The notes under the pieces were generated by a model, which made no database searches, was not told where the DNA came from, and was given only the letters and a program-made list of their open reading frames with translations. The translations under genes were made by a program, and so were the position numbers. A DNA stretch of 60,065 nt from Candidatus Andersenbacteria bacterium RIFCSPHIGHO2_02_FULL_46_16 (GTDB lineage: Bacteria; Patescibacteriota; Andersenbacteria; UBA10190), in assembly GCA_001817065.1 (NCBI GenBank), contig MHHQ01000032.1, positions 1-60,065 on the forward strand. The letters run 5' to 3'. Position 1 is the first letter of the stretch. Each line of letters begins with the position of its first letter. Below are positions 27,284 to 36,503 of the stretch, piece by piece.

Positions 27284-29971
27284 TTATTTGGAAAACAACC
27301 TAACAACTTCATCAAAATTTTTGAGCCTGTCCTTTTGCCATTCCTCCTGCTTTATATACAAAGCTTTATAAACCATCCTGGTTTGTCTGTTATTCACGTC
27401 TTCACACCAATTTTGTAGTCGTTCAAATTTCAGTTTATCATCTTCCTCTTCACGCCCTTTTGTCTCAACTATATAAACCGTCCTATCGTCAGTTTTTACA
27501 AAGAAATCGGGGTAATAGGTGGCGATAAAGCCCTGTGAATTTTTATACTCGATCCGTAGCGCACTGGCCTCTTTATTCTGGAAATTTTTTGAGAAGGAAA
27601 TTACATCATCACAATTTTCAATAAAGTCGGAGAACGTCAGTTCATAATCGCTATCACCAACAATCTTATTAAACACTGACTTTTTAGGAATTAGATAAGA
27701 CTTATCATTCACCACAAACGGTCGTGCATCACTGATCTTGATATAGTTCTTTATTTGAGTATCACCCATGTCCTGAACCGTCAGGTCGTTTATTGCCTGC
27801 TTGAATGAGTCCTTAATGAGGTGAATATATTCAACTTCCGACAGATTTCTCAAAGTATTCAGATCCGACAACTCCACCGGCTCATCAAACATGTTATTCT
27901 GTACAAATTCCTTTACTTTGCCAAATAGAATGTCGTAGCAACCAAACAAGCGCAGTTCTCGCATAATTGCTTGCGCGAAAAAGCCGATGACACTTTGATA
28001 GTCAGGTTCAATATCTCCACTCAATATGGTTGTATGATGAGTTACTTCATCCACGACATCTTTAAACACAATCTCTCTTTTTTCCTCATCAGAAAACGAC
28101 TTTACTTTGACTTTGGCATTACCAAAAGTAGCAACATTCAGTTCGGCTAGATTTTTATACTCCCGTTGTATTCTGGGTGACATTACTGGTAGCTCAATAT
28201 CCAGCTTGGATATATCCTTCTTAGGATTATCTTTGTCCACTTCAATAACCATAGGCGCGATTGGCTTTGCGCCAACGCCCATTGCTTTCTTTTCCAAAAT
28301 CACACCTTCACCCTTTATTGATTCAACGAAATCCATAAATGCTGGCGTGCCGACCACGCTCACATATTCTTCAACAGTATCGTCTCCAAAAAACATTCTT
28401 CTTAAACCTCGGCCTAATGTTTGTTCTGGTAAGATTTTTGATTCAGCGGCGTATGGTCTTAAACCCACAATGGTCGTGACATTCTTCACATCCCAACCTT
28501 CTTTTAACATCATGACAGAAATAATTACTTTATATGGACTTTCCCAACTATCTATGTTGTTGGCTAACTTCCTCAATATATCCAACTCCTCCTTATTCTT
28601 ACCGCTAACAGTTTCAGAAATTTCACCACTCTTATTAGTATGAATGGTTAAAACGGCATCCTTTAAATCCGCAAAGCTGGTTTCAATGTATTGAGCCACT
28701 TCATCACAATTCTTGGTATCATCCGTCATGATGAAAAGAATTGATTTTTTGCCTATAGGCTTAAGCGTCTCATACGTTTTGCGCCACTCTTCGATACCCA
28801 GATTGATGTAATCTCGGTATTTTTCACTAAACAACGGGCTTTGATTTTCTTTGAGTTTTCCGCGACTGGCCGCATCTGGCACAACTGGATTTTTTACAAT
28901 TCTCTGATGAATGGCCTCTACTAATGGATAGTCAGAAATTGTTTGCACAAAGATTGAACCATCATTTTTCTTTGGCGTTGCCGTAACATCTAACTGTAAA
29001 GCTAAGCCCGATCCTTTTTGTTTTAACCTGTTATCAATATCCAGGATGGACTTAAACCACGCCATCTTCTCGTCATGGATGTGATGTGCCTCATCATTAA
29101 TAACAATCAGCTCATCAATATCTCTTACGATCATACCGAGATCAACAGTCGAATCATTAGTTTTTGTCACGGGCTCATGACCCAAAAAGTATGCGGACGT
29201 ATCTTCATCATCCAGCCTCGGCTCTCTGACATCGCCTTCAAATACTCTGTGTATATTCGTCAAAAATATATTGCCTGTGTCAGACACATTCCTCAAGTTA
29301 TCTTGTAGATGTAGCGTGACTTGAAAATCATCCTGCCAATTTTGACCTTGATATCCATTATCCGGCAAAACTGGATCACTAAAAAATATCTTTAAGCCTT
29401 CAAAATCATTCTTGATTCTTTCGAAGACAATTACATTCGGCGTTATCAAAAGGAAGTTCTTAGCCAACTGAGAGTCCTGCTCGTATTTCTTATGAAAATA
29501 TGCCCAAGTAATCACCAGACTCATAACCTTTGTCTTGCCGGCACCAGTTGCCATTTTTATAACAAAACGCAACCAATCTTCAATAAACATGCCGGCACTC
29601 AATGCGCCTGTGGAGTTGTAGCGTATGAGATCATATTTATCTTTTACCTTTGCTACTTCGTACAACCAGACGACTGTTTCTAATGCTTCCCTTTGCGCAA
29701 AGTAATATCTAAAATGCGACGCAACACCTTCGTGATCGTACAAAACATGCTCTTCTTTAAACCACCAGTTAAGAAGTGCTTTTGATGTCTCACTCGCACC
29801 TTCATACTGTTTACCTCGCCATTCTTTTACCTTCTTGCGAAGCTCTGCCACAAGCGGTGGTAACAATTTATCATAGCCCTTTTCACGTAAATCTTCAGCT
29901 GCCGGAAACCACCGGATGCTCGGATCTAGTATCGCGTATGGGTCTTTGGGGAAATCTTTGTGGAGAGCCAT
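27284..29971 (-). CDS. res: type III restriction enzyme, Res subunit
   Basis: ATGAGKT, NDEAHH, C-terminal PDF...VETKG nuclease motif. Confidence 0.85.
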   Translation of the reverse strand: MALHKDFPKDPYAILDPSIRWFPAAEDLREKGYDKLLPPLVAELRKKVKEWRGKQYEGASETSKALLNWWFKEEHVLYDHEGVASHFRYYFAQREALETVVWLYEVAKVKDKYDLIRYNSTGALSAGMFIEDWLRFVIKMATGAGKTKVMSLVITWAYFHKKYEQDSQLAKNFLLITPNVIVFERIKNDFEGLKIFFSDPVLPDNGYQGQNWQDDFQVTLHLQDNLRNVSDTGNIFLTNIHRVFEGDVREPRLDDEDTSAYFLGHEPVTKTNDSTVDLGMIVRDIDELIVINDEAHHIHDEKMAWFKSILDIDNRLKQKGSGLALQLDVTATPKKNDGSIFVQTISDYPLVEAIHQRIVKNPVVPDAASRGKLKENQSPLFSEKYRDYINLGIEEWRKTYETLKPIGKKSILFIMTDDTKNCDEVAQYIETSFADLKDAVLTIHTNKSGEISETVSGKNKEELDILRKLANNIDSWESPYKVIISVMMLKEGWDVKNVTTIVGLRPYAAESKILPEQTLGRGLRRMFFGDDTVEEYVSVVGTPAFMDFVESIKGEGVILEKKAMGVGAKPIAPMVIEVDKDNPKKDISKLDIELPVMSPRIQREYKNLAELNVATFGNAKVKVKSFSDEEKREIVFKDVVDEVTHHTTILSGDIEPDYQSVIGFFAQAIMRELRLFGCYDILFGKVKEFVQNNMFDEPVELSDLNTLRNLSEVEYIHLIKDSFKQAINDLTVQDMGDTQIKNYIKISDARPFVVNDKSYLIPKKSVFNKIVGDSDYELTFSDFIENCDDVISFSKNFQNKEASALRIEYKNSQGFIATYYPDFFVKTDDRTVYIVETKGREEEDDKLKFERLQNWCEDVNNRQTRMVYKALYIKQEEWQKDRLKNFDEVVRLFSK

Positions 29972-29973
29972 GA

Positions 29974-30861
29974 TTATGATTTAGATATAGTAAAATCTCC
30001 AATTAAAACCTCGCCACATTCATTAAAAATCCCAACTCTTTTACCAAACATTGGTGGGTTTGTGATCTCTCCTAAAAAGTCACCATCCTTGAACATCTTC
30101 GCCTTTTCACTAGTAAACTCAACACGCACCCTGTGCCATTGATTATCTATTGTTCTCGTACCAAGAATTTTATTAAACCTCCAGTTTACACCCGGCCCCC
30201 CGTCCTTAATAAGGAATGCATCGGAATCTGCTGTTCTACCTTCAAATCGAGCCATATGCCAATTATCTTGTTTATCATCACAGAAAAAGACAATGTTCAA
30301 AACTGAATTCGGGGAAAGATATATATCACATTCAACAGTCCCCCTATCAATCTCCAAATCTTTAGCTATGAGGAAGCTATTAGTGGCCTGGGCGGGGTTT
30401 GCCATTGTGAGCTGAAGTCGTGGATGCCCCATATCAGAAAACAAAGAAGGTTGTCCAGTCTTTATATCCCACCTAGAAGCATCAATTGTATTTTTAGAGC
30501 TTGTAAAATTATCAGAAAATATACTAGAAGGTGAAGATAGACGATAACCACGTTTATCGCTACTAAAAAAGCTCATAAAAACAATTAAAGAGACTATTAG
30601 CCACAACCATTTCACGGGGCTTTGGGCATAAAGGAATGCAATGGAAATAACAAAAATAGTGAACCTCGTGTAGGGATGCATTATTTTGGATAATAACCAC
30701 TGTAAAACATTAGCCAATTTTGGATTTTGTCGATACAACCAATATTTAAATGGCTTAATTACCCAGTACACAAAAATGGTTATAATTATTGTAGCTATTA
30801 AAGTGCCCAGTGCGTTAGCTAGAGCGCTACTCCAAAACGCCTGATCTGTAAAATCGATCAT
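29974..30861 (-). CDS. membrane-anchored protein with C-terminal concanavalin-A/LamG-like (DUF1080-like) beta-sandwich
   Basis: 3-4 N-terminal TM helices. The C-terminal pattern ...WHRVRVEFTSEKAKMFKDGDFLGEI is typical of this fold (weak). Confidence 0.45.
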   Translation of the reverse strand: MIDFTDQAFWSSALANALGTLIATIIITIFVYWVIKPFKYWLYRQNPKLANVLQWLLSKIMHPYTRFTIFVISIAFLYAQSPVKWLWLIVSLIVFMSFFSSDKRGYRLSSPSSIFSDNFTSSKNTIDASRWDIKTGQPSLFSDMGHPRLQLTMANPAQATNSFLIAKDLEIDRGTVECDIYLSPNSVLNIVFFCDDKQDNWHMARFEGRTADSDAFLIKDGGPGVNWRFNKILGTRTIDNQWHRVRVEFTSEKAKMFKDGDFLGEITNPPMFGKRVGIFNECGEVLIGDFTISKS

Positions 30862-32981
30862 ATATTTACCTCGATTACTTTTGTCGTATCGTTTCCAAAA
30901 ATATCCACTACCTTTACAGCAACTTTATAAGTTCCTCTAGTCACTTCCTTAGATACGGAAGTGAGTTCAAGATTTCTATTCTTTTTTGTACGAAAACTCT
31001 GCCATTCATTATCAAATATATAGTCGCCAGTCCAAACTTCTTTTTCCTGCCCATTTTCTAGGATTGTTATTATTTCTTTCCTATCCGCAAAATTGAAATC
31101 CACCGCCCAATAATCAATCCAATCGCTCCACTTTTTAGTTAAAACTTCTTTTTCGACAAGATCGGTTTTCTTGTCTTTTGATATTTTCACCACTTGTCCA
31201 TTTTCTACTATCACTTTTACTCCCCCCGGCCGCAAAGTTTCGACTATTTCGCCCGCGTCGTCTTGATTATAGAAAACAGAAAAGTCAATCAGCTTGATTG
31301 AAAGCTCCTTTTTATTCACCCGCCCTTTCACAATCGGCTTTGCTTCAATAAACGCCACATCATAAAACTTCACTTGTCCTTTTTCTACCGCTTTCCTGTC
31401 GAATACTTCTCTTGGAATTATTCTAAAAGCAATATCGACGCCCTGATCCTTATACTGCGAAAAATCAAGCCCCATCTCGTAGTCAAAGCCCAAAACATCA
31501 ATCTTAGTGATTCCCTTCTCTTTGCACTCTGTCACAATATCTTGCACCAGTTTTAAAGAAACGGGAGTATTGATAGGTCCTACCGCGACAAGGCGATCTC
31601 TTTTCTTACCGATAACATTTACAAAAGATCCTACCGGCTCCGCTTTATACGCAGAAAGTATGAGTTTTACAAATTCTTTCTCTTTCCTTTCGGCTTGTTT
31701 TGATTTTTCTTCCGCTCGCAAATTGTCATTTGTTGCAAGGAAACTTTCTCTTTCGTATCTTCCGACATTCAAAATTTCAAATGCTCGAAAGTTCTTGCCA
31801 GCCTTTTTGAGCTCTCTCTGCACGCCGATTAGTCGTTTACGTGAAGTATGAATCCCAAATTTCCCCAAATCAGAGCCAATCCACTTTCTTCCTAATTTTT
31901 CTGCTACTCCCAACGTTGTGCCAGAACCACAGAAAAAGTCAGCGATGAGGTCGCCTTCGTTTGAAGAAGCTTCAATGATTCTCTCAAGTAGTTCTGTGGG
32001 TTTTTGAGTCGGATAATCGATACGCTCATCGGCGCTTGCATTGATATGTTGAATTGGCCATACATCACCAACTCGTTTACCACCCTCGTTCAGATATACT
32101 TTATATGCCTCTTTTCCGGCACGTTTTTGCCATCGAAACCATTTACCGCTTTCGTCCTGTTTATAATGAGAATCTTTTGTTCCGGCAGTCTCACTATATG
32201 CCTCACGCTGTTCGTTGAAAATCCATTTGCTGGATTTCGTGAACCAGTAAATATTGTCGTGAAGCGTTTGATAGCTATTACTGTTGGCAGTATAGCGTCT
32301 GTAGTACCAAATAATTTCATTTCTAAAATTATCTTTTCCAAATATCTCATCTAGGCACATTCTCATAAAACTATTCACTCTCCAATCGCAATGTACATAA
32401 ATACTTCCATCTTCCGCGAGCAAATCGTGCATGAGTTTTAACCGTTCATAAATCATCGCAATAAAACTATCCGCGCCTTTGCCCCAAGTGTCACGATAGG
32501 CGATTTCTTCTATAACTGACGGCTTTTTGGTAAAGCTTTCTTCGTCCTCGCCATCGCCGATTTTTATATCCATCGAAAAATCCGCCCCGACATCAAACGG
32601 CGGGTCAATGTAAATTAATTTCAATCCACCTTGTGCTTCTATTTCTTTGCGGAGCGGTCCATTCTTGAGGGAAGAAAGAATCAGCTTATTGTCTCCCCAG
32701 ATAAGTTTATTCGTCCATCCAGAAATCTGCCTTCCCGACATATCAAAAAGCGAACCCTGCGGATTCCCAAATTTACCATCACTTCTCGGCTCGTCTATTT
32801 GTTCAATAACCTGAAAAGGCAAGACGACATTCGTTACCTCATTTGTTTTTCCGTTCCAAACCAGCTCGACTTCTCGGTCATCATCAAAAAGCAAAAAGCG
32901 ATACTTTTCCGGAAGCGGCTTTCCGGCTTCCAAAAATTTTGCAATATCTCTTTTCTCGTTATCAGTAAGCTTCATAGTCAC
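30858..32981 (-). CDS. mod: type III R-M Mod DNA methyltransferase (beta-class N6A/N4C)
   Basis: IYIDPPF (motif IV) before DFFCGSGTT (motif I). Confidence 0.85.
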   Translation of the reverse strand: MTMKLTDNEKRDIAKFLEAGKPLPEKYRFLLFDDDREVELVWNGKTNEVTNVVLPFQVIEQIDEPRSDGKFGNPQGSLFDMSGRQISGWTNKLIWGDNKLILSSLKNGPLRKEIEAQGGLKLIYIDPPFDVGADFSMDIKIGDGEDEESFTKKPSVIEEIAYRDTWGKGADSFIAMIYERLKLMHDLLAEDGSIYVHCDWRVNSFMRMCLDEIFGKDNFRNEIIWYYRRYTANSNSYQTLHDNIYWFTKSSKWIFNEQREAYSETAGTKDSHYKQDESGKWFRWQKRAGKEAYKVYLNEGGKRVGDVWPIQHINASADERIDYPTQKPTELLERIIEASSNEGDLIADFFCGSGTTLGVAEKLGRKWIGSDLGKFGIHTSRKRLIGVQRELKKAGKNFRAFEILNVGRYERESFLATNDNLRAEEKSKQAERKEKEFVKLILSAYKAEPVGSFVNVIGKKRDRLVAVGPINTPVSLKLVQDIVTECKEKGITKIDVLGFDYEMGLDFSQYKDQGVDIAFRIIPREVFDRKAVEKGQVKFYDVAFIEAKPIVKGRVNKKELSIKLIDFSVFYNQDDAGEIVETLRPGGVKVIVENGQVVKISKDKKTDLVEKEVLTKKWSDWIDYWAVDFNFADRKEIITILENGQEKEVWTGDYIFDNEWQSFRTKKNRNLELTSVSKEVTRGTYKVAVKVVDIFGNDTTKVIEVNI

Positions 32982-32986
32982 AATTG

Positions 32987-33349
32987 CTATAATACATTTA
33001 GGTACTTAACAAAGAGATAAAGCAATACAAAATTACCCGCGTGGTACATGATACGATGCTGCCACTCTATGCGATTATCCGTTTTTTTACGTTTATCCTT
33101 ATCTTCGATTACTTCACTCTTAATCTCCTTGTGTATGCTGCGTAAATCTTTCTCAAAGTACCTCCATATCATTCCAGCCGTAGCATATAAGAAGAGTGCC
33201 CATATCTCATGGAAGTGTTGCCCTGTAACTAAGGAAATAAATACCAATACACTGGCAACAAAAATAATTAAAAAATATGGTGGCTTATCTTCGAGTAGCT
33301 TTCCGACATGATCCATAAATGCTTCAAACGACCCCATAATCAACTCCAA
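32987..33349 (-). CDS. small membrane protein (3 TM)
   Basis: Hydrophobic spans; overlaps its upstream neighbour. Confidence 0.45.
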   Translation of the reverse strand: MELIMGSFEAFMDHVGKLLEDKPPYFLIIFVASVLVFISLVTGQHFHEIWALFLYATAGMIWRYFEKDLRSIHKEIKSEVIEDKDKRKKTDNRIEWQHRIMYHAGNFVLLYLFVKYLNVL

Positions 33350-33672
33350 TACATCTTTACATCTGAAATCTGCTGTCTAATCTCATCACGGACAGCCTCG
33401 GCTTGTTTTGATAAAATCCACCGCTTGTCCCGCCCTCCCTGTACTTTGTCGAGATAGCCGTTGCGGTAAAGTGCGCCTAGGACAGCACCGGCTGCCTTGC
33501 CTTCAACGAAGTATTCAATTTTCTTCACCACGTCAGAGGTATTAAAGGAATCTTTTCTTAACTGCAAAATCGCGTACAAGGCTCTTTGTTGAGTTTCCGG
33601 AAGTTCATGAACCTTCTTTATTTCTTTGGTCATAAAATCATCTTCGCGCACCACAACTACCTTGTCAACCAC
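33340..33672 (-). CDS. small protein, possibly wHTH
   Basis: Size and helix pattern only. Confidence 0.35.
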   Translation of the reverse strand: MVDKVVVVREDDFMTKEIKKVHELPETQQRALYAILQLRKDSFNTSDVVKKIEYFVEGKAAGAVLGALYRNGYLDKVQGGRDKRWILSKQAEAVRDEIRQQISDVKMYWS

Positions 33673-33679
33673 TATTTAT

Positions 33680-34231
33680 TCACACCCCATGGGCCAAAAC
33701 CTTCAAGCCATTAATTCCTTCATAAAAAACCTTTGCCCATAAGTAGCGGTCAAAATTCCGCAGTGAACACCCTACTTCTATTGCCCTCTCTTTACATATT
33801 TGATTGTATGCCAAATAGGCTAATAAATTTTCTGACGGATTGCTTAGTACCACCTGACCAAGTGACTTGAGCGAAACTATGGCACGGTAATCAACTACTG
33901 TAAAATCATCCGGATAACATACAGCCAGAATGGCTGACGCCATCGGTAAACCAATAAATGAAATCTCAATTAGGAGTTTCACCTTATCCTCCAACGTTGG
34001 TTCTTTGGTTAAAGCAGCCGTTAAATCATGTACAGTGACGCCTTTAAGTAATAAACCTTGCTTAACCTTGGTTTTTGCCCGATTTGATTTCCAAATGACG
34101 ATTGCAAAGAATTCCTCCGGTTCAAGATAACCTCGGGATCGAAAATTCTCTGTGACCGTATTGAAAAGATAATCCTCAATAAAATAGTATTTGATAAAAT
34201 CTGCCTCTTTCCATTTATTAATCTCACTCAT
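33680..34231 (-). CDS. hypothetical protein, possible OGG/HhH-glycosylase-like fold (start taken at MSEINKW)
   Basis: FFAIVIWKSNR... and GLPMASAILAVCYPDDFTVVDYR recall OGG-fold proteins; weak. Confidence 0.35.
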   Translation of the reverse strand: MSEINKWKEADFIKYYFIEDYLFNTVTENFRSRGYLEPEEFFAIVIWKSNRAKTKVKQGLLLKGVTVHDLTAALTKEPTLEDKVKLLIEISFIGLPMASAILAVCYPDDFTVVDYRAIVSLKSLGQVVLSNPSENLLAYLAYNQICKERAIEVGCSLRNFDRYLWAKVFYEGINGLKVLAHGV

Positions 34232-35339
34232 CTTGTTCAGCCTCCAGAACATTCTTAATCCATAAACAAACCTCAAAGAATTTGCTCCGAGCTTCTTTGT
34301 CCGCCATGGTATTGAGGGACAGCTTAAACGCGCCGTTACCATCAACTTTATTCACATCAACCGTCGCATCCTTAATCAATTTCAAGCGTTCCAATATCTC
34401 CGCTCGCTTCCCTCGCTTGTCAAAAGGCGACGGGCAGTAATCACCCTGATGCCATGCATTCCATGAAACCAACGCATCTCCTGTAACTGAAAACGGATAG
34501 AATTTCTTTCCATCCTTGGAATCAAAACCAAGAACGAAAGAACCGCTTTGGTTAGTCATCCAGTAAATCCCGATATCATTGCTCTCTGCCCAATCAATAA
34601 TCTGTCGCGCGGCAGTCACTGCTTCTTCTCCGGATTCTGCTAAGCGCAGTTTAAATGAATCCCAGTCCCATTGCCTGCCAAGAGATTTCTTGGTGGGTAT
34701 GTCTTTTTTAACCTCGGCTCCGAATATACGAGGGATGATAATTTCGTAGGTGTCGTGCTTGTAGTACTCGAGCTCAACGGCATAAATATCAAACTGACTG
34801 TTTTGATTAACGTAGATGATCAAATCCTTAAGCCGGTCATCCAACTTATCCATCAATACGACGAAGTGGAAGATACCATCATTTAGATTAGAACGAACTG
34901 TATTTATTAAGGATTCAGTTTCCTCGTTCGGTAGTTGAAAAAAATCCTGAATTTTTTCCTGCGCTCTTGAGCCAAACACTTTTTGGGTGTGCTCATCGAG
35001 AATAGCAATGAATTCGTTAAAATTATTCGAGTGTTTCCAGAGAGCTGCCCCATAATCAAGCGCTTGGGCGATAACAGTACGCTTATCCGAATTTTTATAA
35101 AGTTTCGTCTCGATAATGTAAAGCTCACCATCAGCATCAATGCCAATCGCATCAATAGGACCGCTGGTAGTAGGAAATTCACGGGCTAAAGTTAGGAGAC
35201 GGATGTCTTCCTTAATATCATAGAGCGGGATGCTGTCCGGGTTTTCGTAAATATATTGTTGCAGACGATCTTCCTGATCAAAGGAAGATTTATCTACCTT
35301 GACTGCTTTCTGACCGTTTTGTGAGATGACAATTGCCAT
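34224..35339 (-). CDS. NucS/DUF91-like PD-(D/E)xK nuclease domain protein with a C-terminal extension
   Basis: EDRLQQYIYENPDSI...GPIDAIGIDADGELYIIETK. Confidence 0.6.
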   Translation of the reverse strand: MAIVISQNGQKAVKVDKSSFDQEDRLQQYIYENPDSIPLYDIKEDIRLLTLAREFPTTSGPIDAIGIDADGELYIIETKLYKNSDKRTVIAQALDYGAALWKHSNNFNEFIAILDEHTQKVFGSRAQEKIQDFFQLPNEETESLINTVRSNLNDGIFHFVVLMDKLDDRLKDLIIYVNQNSQFDIYAVELEYYKHDTYEIIIPRIFGAEVKKDIPTKKSLGRQWDWDSFKLRLAESGEEAVTAARQIIDWAESNDIGIYWMTNQSGSFVLGFDSKDGKKFYPFSVTGDALVSWNAWHQGDYCPSPFDKRGKRAEILERLKLIKDATVDVNKVDGNGAFKLSLNTMADKEARSKFFEVCLWIKNVLEAEQDE

Positions 35340-35372
35340 TGTGCTTATATAGTTTTCAGGTGTCAGGCACTT

Positions 35373-36023
35373 TTATATCTTTACCTTTGCGTCTCCACTA
35401 AAAACCAAGTGTGTCATATCCCAGTATAGGGTACTCAAAAGGGCTGTATCGGCTTTTGAAGTTTCGCTTGTAATTAACTTCCTGATATTTTTCCGAAATG
35501 CCTGGCGGCTATTATTACAAGCTGCTGAGACTGTATTGCCTTTAAGTAAAGAAATTGGAACTTGGGTAGCTGGTTCAAGAAATTTTTTGGCTACTTCATC
35601 ATGATGAGGCTTAGTCTGTTTGTCTCGATCCGTGTAGAAAATAAAATCGGTATTGTAGCCAACAAAAGCCTTAGCTCCCTGGTGCACACTTTCTGGACCA
35701 AGCTCGTTTGCAGCTTGGCAAGATAGGGCATACGTTACAGTATCTTGCAAAATCTTGGCGTTATCATCACTCCGAACAATAGCTACATTGTCCTGTCCAC
35801 AAACTTGATTACTACTGCCATGACCATTGAGAAAGATAAGATCAGGTTTAACTTTGCGCACAATACTTTCAAAATATTTCTTACAGGCACGTTTATTTTT
35901 TAAATCAGTGACTGAATGCCCTTTTTGTTGGACTTCATTGCTGAATTTTCCTGCATAGTAAGAAAGGTAGCGGGTAGTTAAGTCATGATTGGGACGAGTA
36001 ACTACAATCCGCTTAGTCGTCAT
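35373..36023 (-). CDS. hypothetical protein; possible clan CD (caspase/gingipain-like) His-Cys fold
   Basis: LIFLNGHGS followed 34 residues later by YALSCQAA, each after a hydrophobic strand. Confidence 0.3.
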   Translation of the reverse strand: MTTKRIVVTRPNHDLTTRYLSYYAGKFSNEVQQKGHSVTDLKNKRACKKYFESIVRKVKPDLIFLNGHGSSNQVCGQDNVAIVRSDDNAKILQDTVTYALSCQAANELGPESVHQGAKAFVGYNTDFIFYTDRDKQTKPHHDEVAKKFLEPATQVPISLLKGNTVSAACNNSRQAFRKNIRKLITSETSKADTALLSTLYWDMTHLVFSGDAKVKI

Positions 36024-36237
36024 AAAGAGCGCCTTCTTTTAATGCCCGCAAAAAACTCATTTCAACCTCGATAATCTTCTGTCCGACGCGATCGCCTTCT
36101 TCCACATGCTGGATAAGCTCATCTCTTTTATAACTACCGTCAGCTCCAATAGAAATCTCGCGATCAGCGGGTATAGCGCGTAACCGCGCCACAACCAGCT
36201 CTTTTATATCGTCTTGGGTTTCTTCTGGCACGATCAA
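36013..36237 (-). CDS. hypothetical small protein (74 aa)
   Basis: ORF overlapping its downstream neighbour. Confidence 0.4.
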   Translation of the reverse strand: MIVPEETQDDIKELVVARLRAIPADREISIGADGSYKRDELIQHVEEGDRVGQKIIEVEMSFLRALKEGALYDD

Positions 36238-36242
36238 TAAGT

Positions 36243-36422
36243 TTAAATAATTTCCAGGTTAGCTAGCTTTTCTAGAATTTGTCGGCCGCTTTCTGTGTCT
36301 TCAACAATCTCAAGATTGGCTACTCTCCACGTAATAGGCTCACCGTCCAAGACAACCACGACTTGGTCTCGTACATTAAGTGGCAAGTTGGCGTAGACTT
36401 TAAAAAATCTTTCCTTATCCAT
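36243..36422 (-). CDS. hypothetical small protein (59 aa, below the ORF-track cutoff): MDKERFFKVYANLPLNVRDQVVVVLDGEPITWRVANLEIVEDTESGRQILEKLANLEII
   Basis: Translated by hand; its stop lies 5 nt before the next start. Confidence 0.35.
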   Translation of the reverse strand: MDKERFFKVYANLPLNVRDQVVVVLDGEPITWRVANLEIVEDTESGRQILEKLANLEII

Positions 36423-36503
36423 GTAATAGGTAACTATTTTTAGTTAAAGAATATTTGACCATTTGCTCGCGGGGTCGGACTCGAACCGACAACCTAGTGG
36501 TTA

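Larger units (their letters stand above)
1559..36496. mobile_element. putative tRNA-anchored genomic island (degenerate; no integrase seen)
   Basis: Flanked by the tRNA 3'-end direct repeat. Cargo is accessory (defence, biosynthesis, primase-helicase). 6.5-36.4 kb looks more AT-rich by eye than the right flank. Confidence 0.35.
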
